DNA from: Alistipes sp.
GTDB taxonomy: Bacteria > Bacteroidota > Bacteroidia > Bacteroidales > Rikenellaceae
Assembly: GCA_020026375.1 (NCBI GenBank)
Contig: JAHHQN010000011.1
Span: forward strand, 567 to 64,566
Direction: 5' to 3'
Length of the DNA: 64,000 bases
In this document: positions 8,018 through 16,513 of the stretch, in pieces
Layout of the letters: each line of letters starts with the position of its first letter
How positions within the stretch are numbered: the stretch's first letter is position 1
Made by a program: the position numbers and the translations under genes
Notes under the pieces: model-generated
What the model saw: only the letters and a program-made list of their open reading frames with translations
The model's database searches: none
What the model was told of the DNA's origin: nothing

Positions 8018-10048
8018 TTACTTGCCGAGCATCTTCTTCACCTCCTCGGCCACGGTCTCGCCGTTGTAGCCGAACTTCTCGTCCAGCACCTTGTAGGGAG
8101 CCGAATAACCGAAGTGGTTGAGTCCGTGAATCATGCCCGACTCACCGACCAGACCCATGAGGTTGACCGACAGACCCGAAGTCATACCGTAGCGCACGAT
8201 GCCGGCAGGCAGCACGGTGTCCTGATACGATTTGGGCTGGTCGCGGAAGAGACCCTCACTCGGCACGCTGACCACGCGCACCTGAATGCCCTCCTTCGCG
8301 AGCAGTTCGGCACCGTCGATAAGGGTCGACACCTCCGAACCCGAAGCCACCAGCACGGCAGCCGGTTTGGCAGCGTCTCTGACCACATAACCGCCCTTCG
8401 AAATCTGGGCAGCCTCCTCGCGGCGGTTGTTGCCCAGCGAGGGAATCGACTTGATGTCCTGACGCGAGAAAATCAGCGCCACGGGACGCTCCTCCTCCAT
8501 GGCCACCTTCCAGGCCATCACGGCCTCGTCGCCGTCGGCAGGACGCAGAACGACCATCGAACGCTCGCCACGGTGATTGTGGAGATGTTCCATCAGACGA
8601 ATCTGGGTCTCATGCTCAATGGGCTGGTGGGTAGGACCGTCCTCGCCCACGCGGAACGAGTCGTGCGACCATACGTAGATGACATGCAGACGCATGAGTG
8701 CCGACAGACGCACGGCTGGCTTCATGTAGTCGGAGAACACGAAGAAGGTACCGCACGCGGGAATCACACCGCCGTGCAATGCCATACCGTTCATCACGCA
8801 GGCCATCGTCAGCTCCGAGACACCGGCCTGGAAGAACTTGCCCGAGAAGTCGCCCTTCTCGAAGGCCTTGGTCTTCTTCAAGAAGCCGTCGGTCTTGTCG
8901 GAGTTGGAGAGGTCGGCCGACGACACAATCATGTTGTCGATTTTCTCGCCATAGACACCCAGCACGGTAGCCGAAGCGGCACGGGTGGCGCCGTTGGGCT
9001 TTATCTCGATGGATTTGTAATCGATGTCGGGGAGTTTGCCCGAGAGGAAGTTGTCCAGCTTGCGCGCCAGGTCCTTGTTCTCCTGACGCCAGTTCTTCTC
9101 CACCTCCTTGCGCTCCTCGCTCCAGGCCAGCAGCTGCTCGCGGCGTGCGGCAAACACCTCGCGGCTCTCCTCGAAGTAGGCGAACGGATCGTCGACATCA
9201 CCGCCCAGGTTCTTCACCGTGGCGGCCAGATCGGCACCGGCCTTGCTCAGCGGCTGGCCGTGGGTCGACACCTGATCCTCGTAGCTGGTGCCGTCGGCAC
9301 CTATGGCACCCTTGGCCATGATGGTGCGGCCGACGATGAGCGTAGGACGCTCCTTCTCCTCGTTGGCGGCCTTCAGCGCGGCACGAATCTGCTCGATGTC
9401 GTGGCCGTCGATGGTAATCACATTCCAACCCCACGCCTGATATTTCATCTCGACGTTCTCGCCGTCCACCTCGTCGACCTTGGTCGAGAGCTGCACATTG
9501 TTGGCGTCGTAGAACATGATGAAATTCGACAAACCGAGGTGACCGGCAACACGACCCACACCCTGCGAGATTTCCTCCTCGACAGCACCGTCGGAGATGT
9601 AAGCATAGGTCTTGTGAGCCATCCACTCGCCGAAACGGGCCACCATGAAACGCTCGGCGATAGCCGCGCCCAATGCCATGGCATGACCCTGACCCAGCGG
9701 TCCCGAGGTGTTCTCGATACCGTGCATCACGTCGGCTTCGGGGTGACCGGGAGTCACACTGCCCCACTGGCGCAACGACTTGAGGTCATCGACAGAGTAG
9801 ACACCGGCCAGAGCCAGTGTGCCATAGAGCATCGGAGACATGTGTCCGGGATCGAGGAACATACGGTCTCTGAACGGATAGGCCAGGTTCTCGGGATTGT
9901 ATCTCAAGAACTCGGTGTAGAGTACCGTCATGAAGTCGGCACCGCCCATAGCACCACCGGGGTGACCCGATTTTGCCTTTTCAACCATTGCTGCAGCCAG
10001 AATTCTGATGTTATCGGCGACACGCGTAAGTTTGGAATTTGTAGACAT
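8018..10048 (-). CDS. tkt: Transketolase
   Basis: 676 aa. Contains GHPGGAMG, the TPP-binding GDGAVEEEISQG-like segment and HDSFRVGEDGPTHQPIEH. Confidence 0.96.
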   Translation of the reverse strand: MSTNSKLTRVADNIRILAAAMVEKAKSGHPGGAMGGADFMTVLYTEFLRYNPENLAYPFRDRMFLDPGHMSPMLYGTLALAGVYSVDDLKSLRQWGSVTPGHPEADVMHGIENTSGPLGQGHAMALGAAIAERFMVARFGEWMAHKTYAYISDGAVEEEISQGVGRVAGHLGLSNFIMFYDANNVQLSTKVDEVDGENVEMKYQAWGWNVITIDGHDIEQIRAALKAANEEKERPTLIVGRTIMAKGAIGADGTSYEDQVSTHGQPLSKAGADLAATVKNLGGDVDDPFAYFEESREVFAARREQLLAWSEERKEVEKNWRQENKDLARKLDNFLSGKLPDIDYKSIEIKPNGATRAASATVLGVYGEKIDNMIVSSADLSNSDKTDGFLKKTKAFEKGDFSGKFFQAGVSELTMACVMNGMALHGGVIPACGTFFVFSDYMKPAVRLSALMRLHVIYVWSHDSFRVGEDGPTHQPIEHETQIRLMEHLHNHRGERSMVVLRPADGDEAVMAWKVAMEEERPVALIFSRQDIKSIPSLGNNRREEAAQISKGGYVVRDAAKPAAVLVASGSEVSTLIDGAELLAKEGIQVRVVSVPSEGLFRDQPKSYQDTVLPAGIVRYGMTSGLSVNLMGLVGESGMIHGLNHFGYSAPYKVLDEKFGYNGETVAEEVKKMLGK

Positions 10049-10175
10049 ATTAATTAGTTTATAATTTTAAGTAGATACTTTCTCTGTCGGTATATCTCCC
10101 GGCCGGAACGCCACAGAACGCAGATTGGAGTTCCCACCCATTCGTTGTGACGGACAAAGCGTCACAAGACCAATA

Positions 10176-10183
10176 CAAATATA
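10176..10183 (-). promoter_or_regulatory. -7 box TATATTTG, candidate tkt promoter
   Basis: The plus strand reads CAAATATA at 10176-10183, about 128 nt upstream of the tkt ATG. The leader contains an 8-bp hairpin TTGTGACG/CGTCACAA. Confidence 0.4.
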
Positions 10184-10196
10184 TAATAAAAAACTG

Positions 10197-11483
10197 TTAA
10201 CTCTGCTGATTTACGGCAAGAATATTCGACTTTTCAATCTTTTTTGCCGCGTAGTCACGGGTAACGGTGAATTTGTCGGGCTGCTCCGAGGGGATTTCGA
10301 ACATCGCGTCCATCATCACCGCCTCGCAAATCGAGCGCAGGCCTCGCGCGCCGAGTTTGAACTCCACGGCCTTGTCGACAATGTAGTCCAGTGCCTCGGG
10401 CGAGAACTCCAGCTCCACACCGTCCATCTCGAAGAGACGCACATACTGCTTGATGATGGCGTTCTTGGGTTCGGTGAGAATCGAGCGCAGGGCCTCACGG
10501 CCGAGGGGCTGCATGTAGGTCAGCACGGGCATACGACCCACCAGCTCGGGAATCAGTCCGAACGACTTCAAATCCTGGGGGGTGATGTACTGCATCAGGT
10601 TGCCGCGGTCAATCTTGTCCTCGTTCAGACGGCCGTAACCCACCGCACGGGTGTTCATGCGCTGGGCAATCTTGCGCTCGATGCCGTCGAACGCACCGCC
10701 GCAGATGAAGAGAATATTGCGGGTGTCGACCTGAATGTACTTCTGGTCGGGGTGCTTTCTTCCGCCCTGAGGGGGTACATTGACGATGGTACCCTCCAGA
10801 ATCTTGAGCAGCGCCTGCTGCACACCCTCACCCGACACGTCGCGCGTGATGGAAGGGTTGTCGCTCTTGCGGGCAATCTTGTCAATCTCGTCGATGAAGA
10901 CGATACCGCGCTGCGCCAGTTCCACATTGTAGTCGGCCACCTGCAACAGACGCGAGAGAATGCTCTCCACATCTTCGCCCACATAGCCGGCCTCGGTCAG
11001 CACCGTGGCATCGACAATGGTGAACGGCACCTTGAGCAGTTTGGCGATGGTCTTGGCCATGAGGGTCTTGCCCGTACCGGTCGAACCCACCAGCACCACA
11101 TTCGACTTGTCGATTTCCACCTCGTCCTTTCGGGGGGTGTGCATCAGTCGCTTGTAGTGGTTGTAGACCGCCACCGAGAGGTAACGCTTGGCAGCGTCCT
11201 GACCGATGACATACTGGTCGAGGAACTCCTTGATTTGACGGGGTTTCATCAAATCCTCCTCCTTGAGGGGTACAGGGCCCTTGCTACCGCCCTCCTTCTG
11301 CCCCACCATCTGATTTTCCTCCATGATGGTGTAGCCGTTGGCGATACAGCGGTTGCAGATGTTGGCACCGTTCATGCCCTGGAACATCACCTCCACTTCC
11401 TCGCGGCCTGCACCGCAGAACGAGCAGCGGTCACCGCCCTTGTCGTTGCCGTTGTTCTTGTTGTTATTCTTGTTTTGAGACAT
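10197..11483 (-). CDS. clpX: ATP-dependent Clp protease ATP-binding subunit ClpX
   Basis: 428 aa. Zinc-binding N-terminal region CSFCG...CNRC, Walker A GSTGTGKT and [10 protein letters not shown]. Confidence 0.97.
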   Translation of the reverse strand: MSQNKNNNKNNGNDKGGDRCSFCGAGREEVEVMFQGMNGANICNRCIANGYTIMEENQMVGQKEGGSKGPVPLKEEDLMKPRQIKEFLDQYVIGQDAAKRYLSVAVYNHYKRLMHTPRKDEVEIDKSNVVLVGSTGTGKTLMAKTIAKLLKVPFTIVDATVLTEAGYVGEDVESILSRLLQVADYNVELAQRGIVFIDEIDKIARKSDNPSITRDVSGEGVQQALLKILEGTIVNVPPQGGRKHPDQKYIQVDTRNILFICGGAFDGIERKIAQRMNTRAVGYGRLNEDKIDRGNLMQYITPQDLKSFGLIPELVGRMPVLTYMQPLGREALRSILTEPKNAIIKQYVRLFEMDGVELEFSPEALDYIVDKAVEFKLGARGLRSICEAVMMDAMFEIPSEQPDKFTVTRDYAAKKIEKSNILAVNQQS

Positions 11484-12150
11484 TTTTCACACGTTTGGTT
11501 AGTACTTCGTCGATAAGTCCGTAGTCACACGCCTCCTGGGCGGTGAGCCAGTAGTCGCGGTCGGCGTCCTTCTCGATTTTCTTCACCGACACTCCCGAAT
11601 GCAGCGAGAGGATATTGTAGAGTTCCTTCTTGGTCTTGATGATTTCGCGCGCCGTGATTTCGATGTCCGAAGCCTGACCCTGCGCGCCGCCCAGCGGCTG
11701 GTGAATCATCACACGCGAATGAGGCAGGGCCGAACGCTTGCCGGCCGCACCTGCCGTGAGCAGCACGGCACCCATCGAGGCGGCCAGACCCGTGCAGATG
11801 GTCGACACGTCGGGAGCCACCAGCTGCATGGTGTCGTAGATACCCAGTCCGGCCGACACCGAGCCGCCGGGCGAGTTGATATAGAGCATGATGTCCTTCT
11901 CGGGGTCCACCGACTCCAGGAAGAGGAGCTGGGCCTGAATGATATTGGCCGCATCGTCGTAGATGGGCGCACCCAGGAAGATGATGCGGTCCATCATCAG
12001 ACGCGAGAACACGTCCATGGTGGCCACATTCATGTGGCGTTCCTCGATAATGGTAGGCGACACATAGCCTGCGCTCACCGACTGGAAATCATGCAGTTTC
12101 AGCGAGCTGATGCCGCATTTCATGCGGGCATATTTTTCAAATTCCGACAT
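11464..12150 (-). CDS. clpP: ATP-dependent Clp protease proteolytic subunit ClpP
   Basis: Family motifs are present: [27 protein letters not shown]. The track start at 12168 is a GTG. The first ATG at 12150 (MSEFEKY...) is preferred. The 3' end overlaps clpX by 20 nt. Confidence 0.93.
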   Translation of the reverse strand: MSEFEKYARMKCGISSLKLHDFQSVSAGYVSPTIIEERHMNVATMDVFSRLMMDRIIFLGAPIYDDAANIIQAQLLFLESVDPEKDIMLYINSPGGSVSAGLGIYDTMQLVAPDVSTICTGLAASMGAVLLTAGAAGKRSALPHSRVMIHQPLGGAQGQASDIEITAREIIKTKKELYNILSLHSGVSVKKIEKDADRDYWLTAQEACDYGLIDEVLTKRVKNVSKQE

Positions 12151-12168
12151 ATAGCGATTATTTTTCAC

Positions 12169-12204
12169 AAAAAGGACTTTGCAAACATCACGCCTGCAAA
12201 GTCC
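12169..12204 (-). terminator. Hairpin plus T-run between tig and clpP (terminator or attenuator)
   Basis: Perfect 10-bp stem GGACTTTGCA/TGCAAAGTCC (12174-12183 and 12195-12204). On the minus strand it is followed by TTTTT. Confidence 0.55.
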
Positions 12205-12231
12205 AAAGTTATGCTTTATTGGGATAAAATA

Positions 12232-13557
12232 CTAAAGCTCGTTGGCGATTTTTGCGAACTCATCAGCCGAAATCTCCTTCTCAACGACCTTGATTTTCTG
12301 CTTCACGTCCTCAACCACCTTGGTCTCGTAGAGCTTCTCGTAGATTTTCTGACCCTGCTGCTTGTCAGCGAGCAGCTTCTCCACATAGCCGGCCAGCATC
12401 TCCTCGGGAGCCGAAGGCATGCCGTACTGTGCGAACTGGGCAGCTGCCAGCGCCTTGGCCTCGGCCTCGGCCTCCTCCTTCGATACCGAGAGCTTGTCCT
12501 CGGTGATGTAGTGCTTCTGGATAAAGTTCCAGGTGTACATCTTCAGGAACTGGTCGAACTCCTTGTCGATGTCCTCCATCGAGAACTTGCCCTCGTTGAT
12601 GGCGAACAACCAACGCTTCAGGAAGCCCTCGGGCATCTTCAGACCTGCCTTCTCCAGGAGGAAGTTTCTCATCTGGAGAGTGAACAGGAAGTCGCTCTCG
12701 CGCTTCAGCTCGCTCTTGATGTCCTCATCGAGGAACTTCTCGAACTCCTCGGCCGACTTCACGTTGCCCGAGGGGAAAGCCATCTTGAAGAACTCCTCGT
12801 TCAACTCGGGCTCTGCGAACTTGCGGATTTTGGTAATCTCCAGCGAGAACTCGGGGTTGATGCCCTCCAGCTCGTTCTCCTTCACCTGAAGGATTGCGGC
12901 GCGCTGTGCGGGAGTCTTGTAGAGGTCGTTGATGTTGACAGTGGTCTTGAAGCCCACCTTCTGGCCGATGAAGGGCTTGCGCTCCTCCTCCGACATCGAA
13001 ATCAGACCTACGTATGCGTCAGCGATGTTCATGTCACCGTTGTCGAGCGTTACCGACAGTGCCTCGTCGGAGGTTACCTCCTCGGCGTCAACCAGACGGC
13101 CGTAGCGGCGCAGGTAGTTGGTGCGGTAGTCGTTGTGCATCTTCTCGTCCACCTTGATGGCGTTGTAAACCACCTCGTCGTTCTCCGAGAGGGCGATTTC
13201 CACCTTGGGAGCCTCGCCTACCTCGAATACGTACTCGAACTCGGTGCTGTTCTCGAAATCGAGAGCACCCTGCTCCTCGGCGCCGATGATGTCGCCCAGG
13301 ATCTCGATTTTCTCGTTCTGGAGATACTCCGAAGCGGCCTCCCAAGCCTTGCGGTAAGACTGCTCTGCAACCACACCTCGGCCGTACATCTTGCGGATAA
13401 CGCCCATGGGTACCATACCACGACGGAAACCGGGGATTTCCGCCTTACGACGGTAGTCACGAAGGTTCTTCTCTACCTCCTGACCATAATCCTCCTCAAC
13501 TACAGTGACTTTAAGAAGCGAATTATTCTCTTCGCGCTGTTCTCTTACAATCTTCAT
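12232..13557 (-). CDS. tig: Trigger factor
   Basis: 441 aa. Ribosome-binding N-terminal motif GFRRGMVP, acidic overall, and the conserved tig-clpP-clpX gene order. Confidence 0.93.
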   Translation of the reverse strand: MKIVREQREENNSLLKVTVVEEDYGQEVEKNLRDYRRKAEIPGFRRGMVPMGVIRKMYGRGVVAEQSYRKAWEAASEYLQNEKIEILGDIIGAEEQGALDFENSTEFEYVFEVGEAPKVEIALSENDEVVYNAIKVDEKMHNDYRTNYLRRYGRLVDAEEVTSDEALSVTLDNGDMNIADAYVGLISMSEEERKPFIGQKVGFKTTVNINDLYKTPAQRAAILQVKENELEGINPEFSLEITKIRKFAEPELNEEFFKMAFPSGNVKSAEEFEKFLDEDIKSELKRESDFLFTLQMRNFLLEKAGLKMPEGFLKRWLFAINEGKFSMEDIDKEFDQFLKMYTWNFIQKHYITEDKLSVSKEEAEAEAKALAAAQFAQYGMPSAPEEMLAGYVEKLLADKQQGQKIYEKLYETKVVEDVKQKIKVVEKEISADEFAKIANEL

Positions 13558-13609
13558 AATGAATATATTATATTTGTTATTTCTCCGTATGATTTTAACA
13601 ATCGGGTGA

Positions 13610-13617
13610 CAAAGGTA
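13610..13617 (-). promoter_or_regulatory. -7 box TACCTTTG, candidate tig promoter
   Basis: The plus strand reads CAAAGGTA at 13610-13617, about 53 nt upstream of the tig ATG. Confidence 0.5.
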
Positions 13618-13661
13618 CTAAAATAATCTTTGAAGCACAACATCTTTTCCCTATAAATTAG

Positions 13662-13669
13662 TATCTTTG
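13662..13669 (+). promoter_or_regulatory. -7 box TATCTTTG, candidate promoter of the glutaminyl cyclase transcription unit
   Basis: TATCTTTG at 13662-13669, about 21 nt upstream of the ATG at 13690. Confidence 0.5.
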
Positions 13670-13689
13670 TACATTATTTTAAGGCTGAA

Positions 13690-14502
13690 ATGAAAATTCG
13701 AAGCATACTTTTACTCTGCATGACCGCCCTGACGGCCTGCGCCGGCGGAAGCAGCCGCATGAAGGCCACATCGGCCGATGCCGCATCGCCCGCCCCCGAA
13801 CCGGTGGAATACACCTTCAGGGTGAAGCAGTCGTGGCCGCACTCCACGAGTGCCTACACCCAGGGTCTCCAATATCTCGACGGTCTGTTGTGGGAAGGCA
13901 CGGGACTCCACGGCCAATCGGTGGTGCGTACCACCGACCTCACCACGGGCAAGAGCCGCGAGCTGGCCCGCCTGCCCCAATCGGAATTCGGCGAGGGCAT
14001 CACCATCTTGGGCGACAGTCTCTACCAGCTCACCTGGCAGGAGAACACCTGTCACCTCTACCGCATCACCGACCGCGGACTCGACAAACTGCGCGACTTC
14101 CGCTACACGGGCGAGGGTTGGGGCATCACCTCCGACGGCCAACGGCTCTACATGTCCGACGGCTCGGAGAACCTCACCGTCCTGCACCGCGACAACTTCC
14201 GCCGCGAACGCCGCATCACCGTCACCCTCAACGGCGAACCGGTACACTTCCTCAACGAGCTGGAGTGGATCGAGGGACGGATATGGGCCAATGTCTACAC
14301 CACCGAGCAGGTGGTCATCATCGACCCCCAAAGCGGACGCGTCGAGGGCATTGTCGACCTGACGGGACTCCTGCCCGAGAAGGAGCGCACCGCCACCACC
14401 GATGTGCTCAACGGCATCGCCTACGACAAGGAGCAGAAGCGCATACTGGTCACGGGCAAGAACTGGAGCAAGGTTTTCGAAATAGAAATAATCCCACGAT
14501 AG
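13690..14502 (+). CDS. Glutaminyl-peptide cyclotransferase (beta-propeller, plant/bacterial type) lipoprotein
   Basis: 270 aa. Lipobox LTAC. Family-typical YTQGLQY..GLLWEGTGLHGQS and repeated W/GEG blades. Confidence 0.85.
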   Translation: MKIRSILLLCMTALTACAGGSSRMKATSADAASPAPEPVEYTFRVKQSWPHSTSAYTQGLQYLDGLLWEGTGLHGQSVVRTTDLTTGKSRELARLPQSEFGEGITILGDSLYQLTWQENTCHLYRITDRGLDKLRDFRYTGEGWGITSDGQRLYMSDGSENLTVLHRDNFRRERRITVTLNGEPVHFLNELEWIEGRIWANVYTTEQVVIIDPQSGRVEGIVDLTGLLPEKERTATTDVLNGIAYDKEQKRILVTGKNWSKVFEIEIIPR

Positions 14503-15258
14503 ATGGCTGCAACACCCCATACCCCCGAGTGTGCCGCACGGCACCCCTTCCGTCCGCTCCATGAGGGACGACTGGTATTCCCCGACTTCGATGTGCAGGA
14601 CGTGCAGCCCTACATCGACTGGCGGCTTCTCTACGACGAGTACGGTGCGGAGGCCGGCAGCGACCGTGCGCTCCAGCTCCACGAACGCGCCACCGCCCTG
14701 CTGAAACACATCGCGGAACAACGGCTGCTCAAACTGCAGGCCGTCATCGGCATATACGCCGTCCGCCCCGAAGGCGACAACCTGCTGCTCACCGACACCA
14801 GAGGCCACACCACCCGTCTGTCCTCCTGCGGCGCACTCGGCTCCCGTCTCTCGCCCTCGGGCGACTACATGGGCTGCTATGCCGTCACGGCAGGCATCGG
14901 TCGTCGAGAGCTGTGCGCCAAGTATGCCATCGAGGAGGACGACTCCTCTTCGGAACTGACGGCCGCTCTGTCCCGACTGCTCACCCGCGCCTTCGCCGAA
15001 GCACTCCACACCTTCGTGCGCCGCGAGATGTGGGGATATGCCGCCGACGAGCGGCTCACACCCCGACAAATCGCCGACCGAGAGTATCGCGGCGAGCGTA
15101 TCGACATCGGCACCCCGTCGCTTCCCGACCCCGCGCTGCGCGACGCCCTCCACGGCCTGCTGGCCGTGGGACTCACCACCGAGATGCAGCTCGACGCAGC
15201 ACACAACCCCTCGCCCGAGGAGAGCCTCTACGGTGTCATGCTGGCCGACCGCCGATAA
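14503..15258 (+). CDS. Stand-alone methionine synthase (MetH) reactivation / AdoMet-binding domain protein
   Basis: 251 aa. It is collinear with the MetH C-terminal domain: DYMGCYAVTAG, LLTRAFAEALHTFVRREMWGY, YRGERIDIGTPSLPDP. The ATG directly follows the cyclase stop (TAGATG). Confidence 0.75.
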   Translation: MAATPHTPECAARHPFRPLHEGRLVFPDFDVQDVQPYIDWRLLYDEYGAEAGSDRALQLHERATALLKHIAEQRLLKLQAVIGIYAVRPEGDNLLLTDTRGHTTRLSSCGALGSRLSPSGDYMGCYAVTAGIGRRELCAKYAIEEDDSSSELTAALSRLLTRAFAEALHTFVRREMWGYAADERLTPRQIADREYRGERIDIGTPSLPDPALRDALHGLLAVGLTTEMQLDAAHNPSPEESLYGVMLADRR

Positions 15259-15403
15259 CCGCAGCGAAGAACACCCCCTGCGCCCCCACGGCGCGCCGAC
15301 TTCTTCCCTTCCCCTCCCGATTTGAATGAACGAACGAATACTCCGCCCCGCGCCCCACGGCCGCGGCGGATATTACGAATAATTTGCAAAAGTCCTATTT
15401 TCA

Positions 15404-16513
15404 ATGAAACCAGTTGAATTTCGTCGTCACCTCCACTCCCACCCCGAACTCTCGTTCGAGGAGCATCACACCGCCGAGTTTATCGACCGTGAGCTGGCCA
15501 AGCTGGGTATCCCCCACCGCATGATTGCCGGCACAGGTGTGCTGGCCTGGATCAGAGGTCAGGCGAAGCACTCCGACAGCAGAGCCGTGGTTCTGCGCAG
15601 CGAGATTGACGCGCTCCCCATTCGGGAGCAGAACACCTTTGAGTGGAAATCACAGAACGAAGGCGTGATGCACGCCTGCGGCCACGACATACACGCCGGC
15701 GTGCTTTACGGCGTACTCCAGAAACTGCAGGAGAACCCCTCCTTCCGCGGCACGGTGCTGGGTCTGTTCCAGCCCGGCGAGGAGTGCAACCCCGGCGGTG
15801 CGTCACTGGTGCTGAAGGAGAACCCCTTTGAGGAGTACGACATACGCGCCGTCATCGGCGAACATGTCGAGGGGCAACTCGAGGTCGGCACACTGGGATT
15901 CCGCAGCGGCAAGTACATGGCCGCCAGCGACGAGCTGCGCTTCACGTTCCACGGTGTGGGCGGCCACGGCGCCATGCGCCACCTGATCAAAGACCCTGTG
16001 GCGGCAAGCGCCGAGTTCCTCACCCGCCTGCTCTCGCTCAACAGCGAGGAGTGTGTGGTGTCGGTGGGCAAGGTCGAGGCCAAGGGTGCCACCAACGTGA
16101 TTCCCGACAAGGTCTACATGGAGGGTACGCTGCGCACCTTCGACGAACGCGAGCGCAAGATTATCCACAGCCGCATCGCCAACATCGCCGCCGAAACCGA
16201 CTCGCGTTTCGGTATCCGCACCGAGATTGACATCAACCACGGCTATCCGTCGGTGGTCAACGACGAGGTGCTGGTCAAAATCGCCGTGGCACAGGCCAAG
16301 GCCGAGGGCCGCACCGTCGAGATGCTGCCCCTGAGGACCACGGCCGAGGATTTCGGATTCTACTGCACGCGCTACCCCTCGCTCTTCTACCGTCTGGGCG
16401 TAGGCACCGCGGCAGGACGACCCCACACCGGCACCTTCTCGCCCGACGAGGGGGCTATCGATGTGGGCATTGATTTCATGTATAAGTTGACCCTCAATAT
16501 ATTGGAGAGATGA
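15404..16513 (+). CDS. M20D-family amidohydrolase (N-acyl-amino acid amidohydrolase-like)
   Basis: 369 aa. Contains RRHLHSHPELSFEEHHTAEFI, MHACGHDIH and the GEECNPGGA metal-site context. Confidence 0.88.
   Translation: MKPVEFRRHLHSHPELSFEEHHTAEFIDRELAKLGIPHRMIAGTGVLAWIRGQAKHSDSRAVVLRSEIDALPIREQNTFEWKSQNEGVMHACGHDIHAGVLYGVLQKLQENPSFRGTVLGLFQPGEECNPGGASLVLKENPFEEYDIRAVIGEHVEGQLEVGTLGFRSGKYMAASDELRFTFHGVGGHGAMRHLIKDPVAASAEFLTRLLSLNSEECVVSVGKVEAKGATNVIPDKVYMEGTLRTFDERERKIIHSRIANIAAETDSRFGIRTEIDINHGYPSVVNDEVLVKIAVAQAKAEGRTVEMLPLRTTAEDFGFYCTRYPSLFYRLGVGTAAGRPHTGTFSPDEGAIDVGIDFMYKLTLNILER

Noticed and set aside
7790-10057. 755-aa plus-strand ORF, together with similar giants: 6390-7646, 10125-11516, 11599-13626, 13711-15204, 16387-18216, 20017-21864, 21768-23717, 23663-25564, 37178-39499, 39564-41582, 41688-43244, 52242-53663, 54718-56511 and 61429-63819.
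   Set aside because: Each lies exactly antisense to, or out of frame with, a gene that has unmistakable family motifs (tkt, metK, clpX, tig, rnr, V-ATPase subunits, S46 peptidase, mnmE and others). Their translations are low-complexity R/G/H/V/L-rich strings with no motifs. They are the expected stop-codon-poor shadow frames of GC-rich coding DNA.
10084-10176. Hairpin TTGTGACG/CGTCACAA after clpX as a clpX terminator.
   Set aside because: On the minus strand it is not followed by a T-run, and it lies downstream of the candidate tkt promoter box. It is more likely part of the tkt 5' leader.
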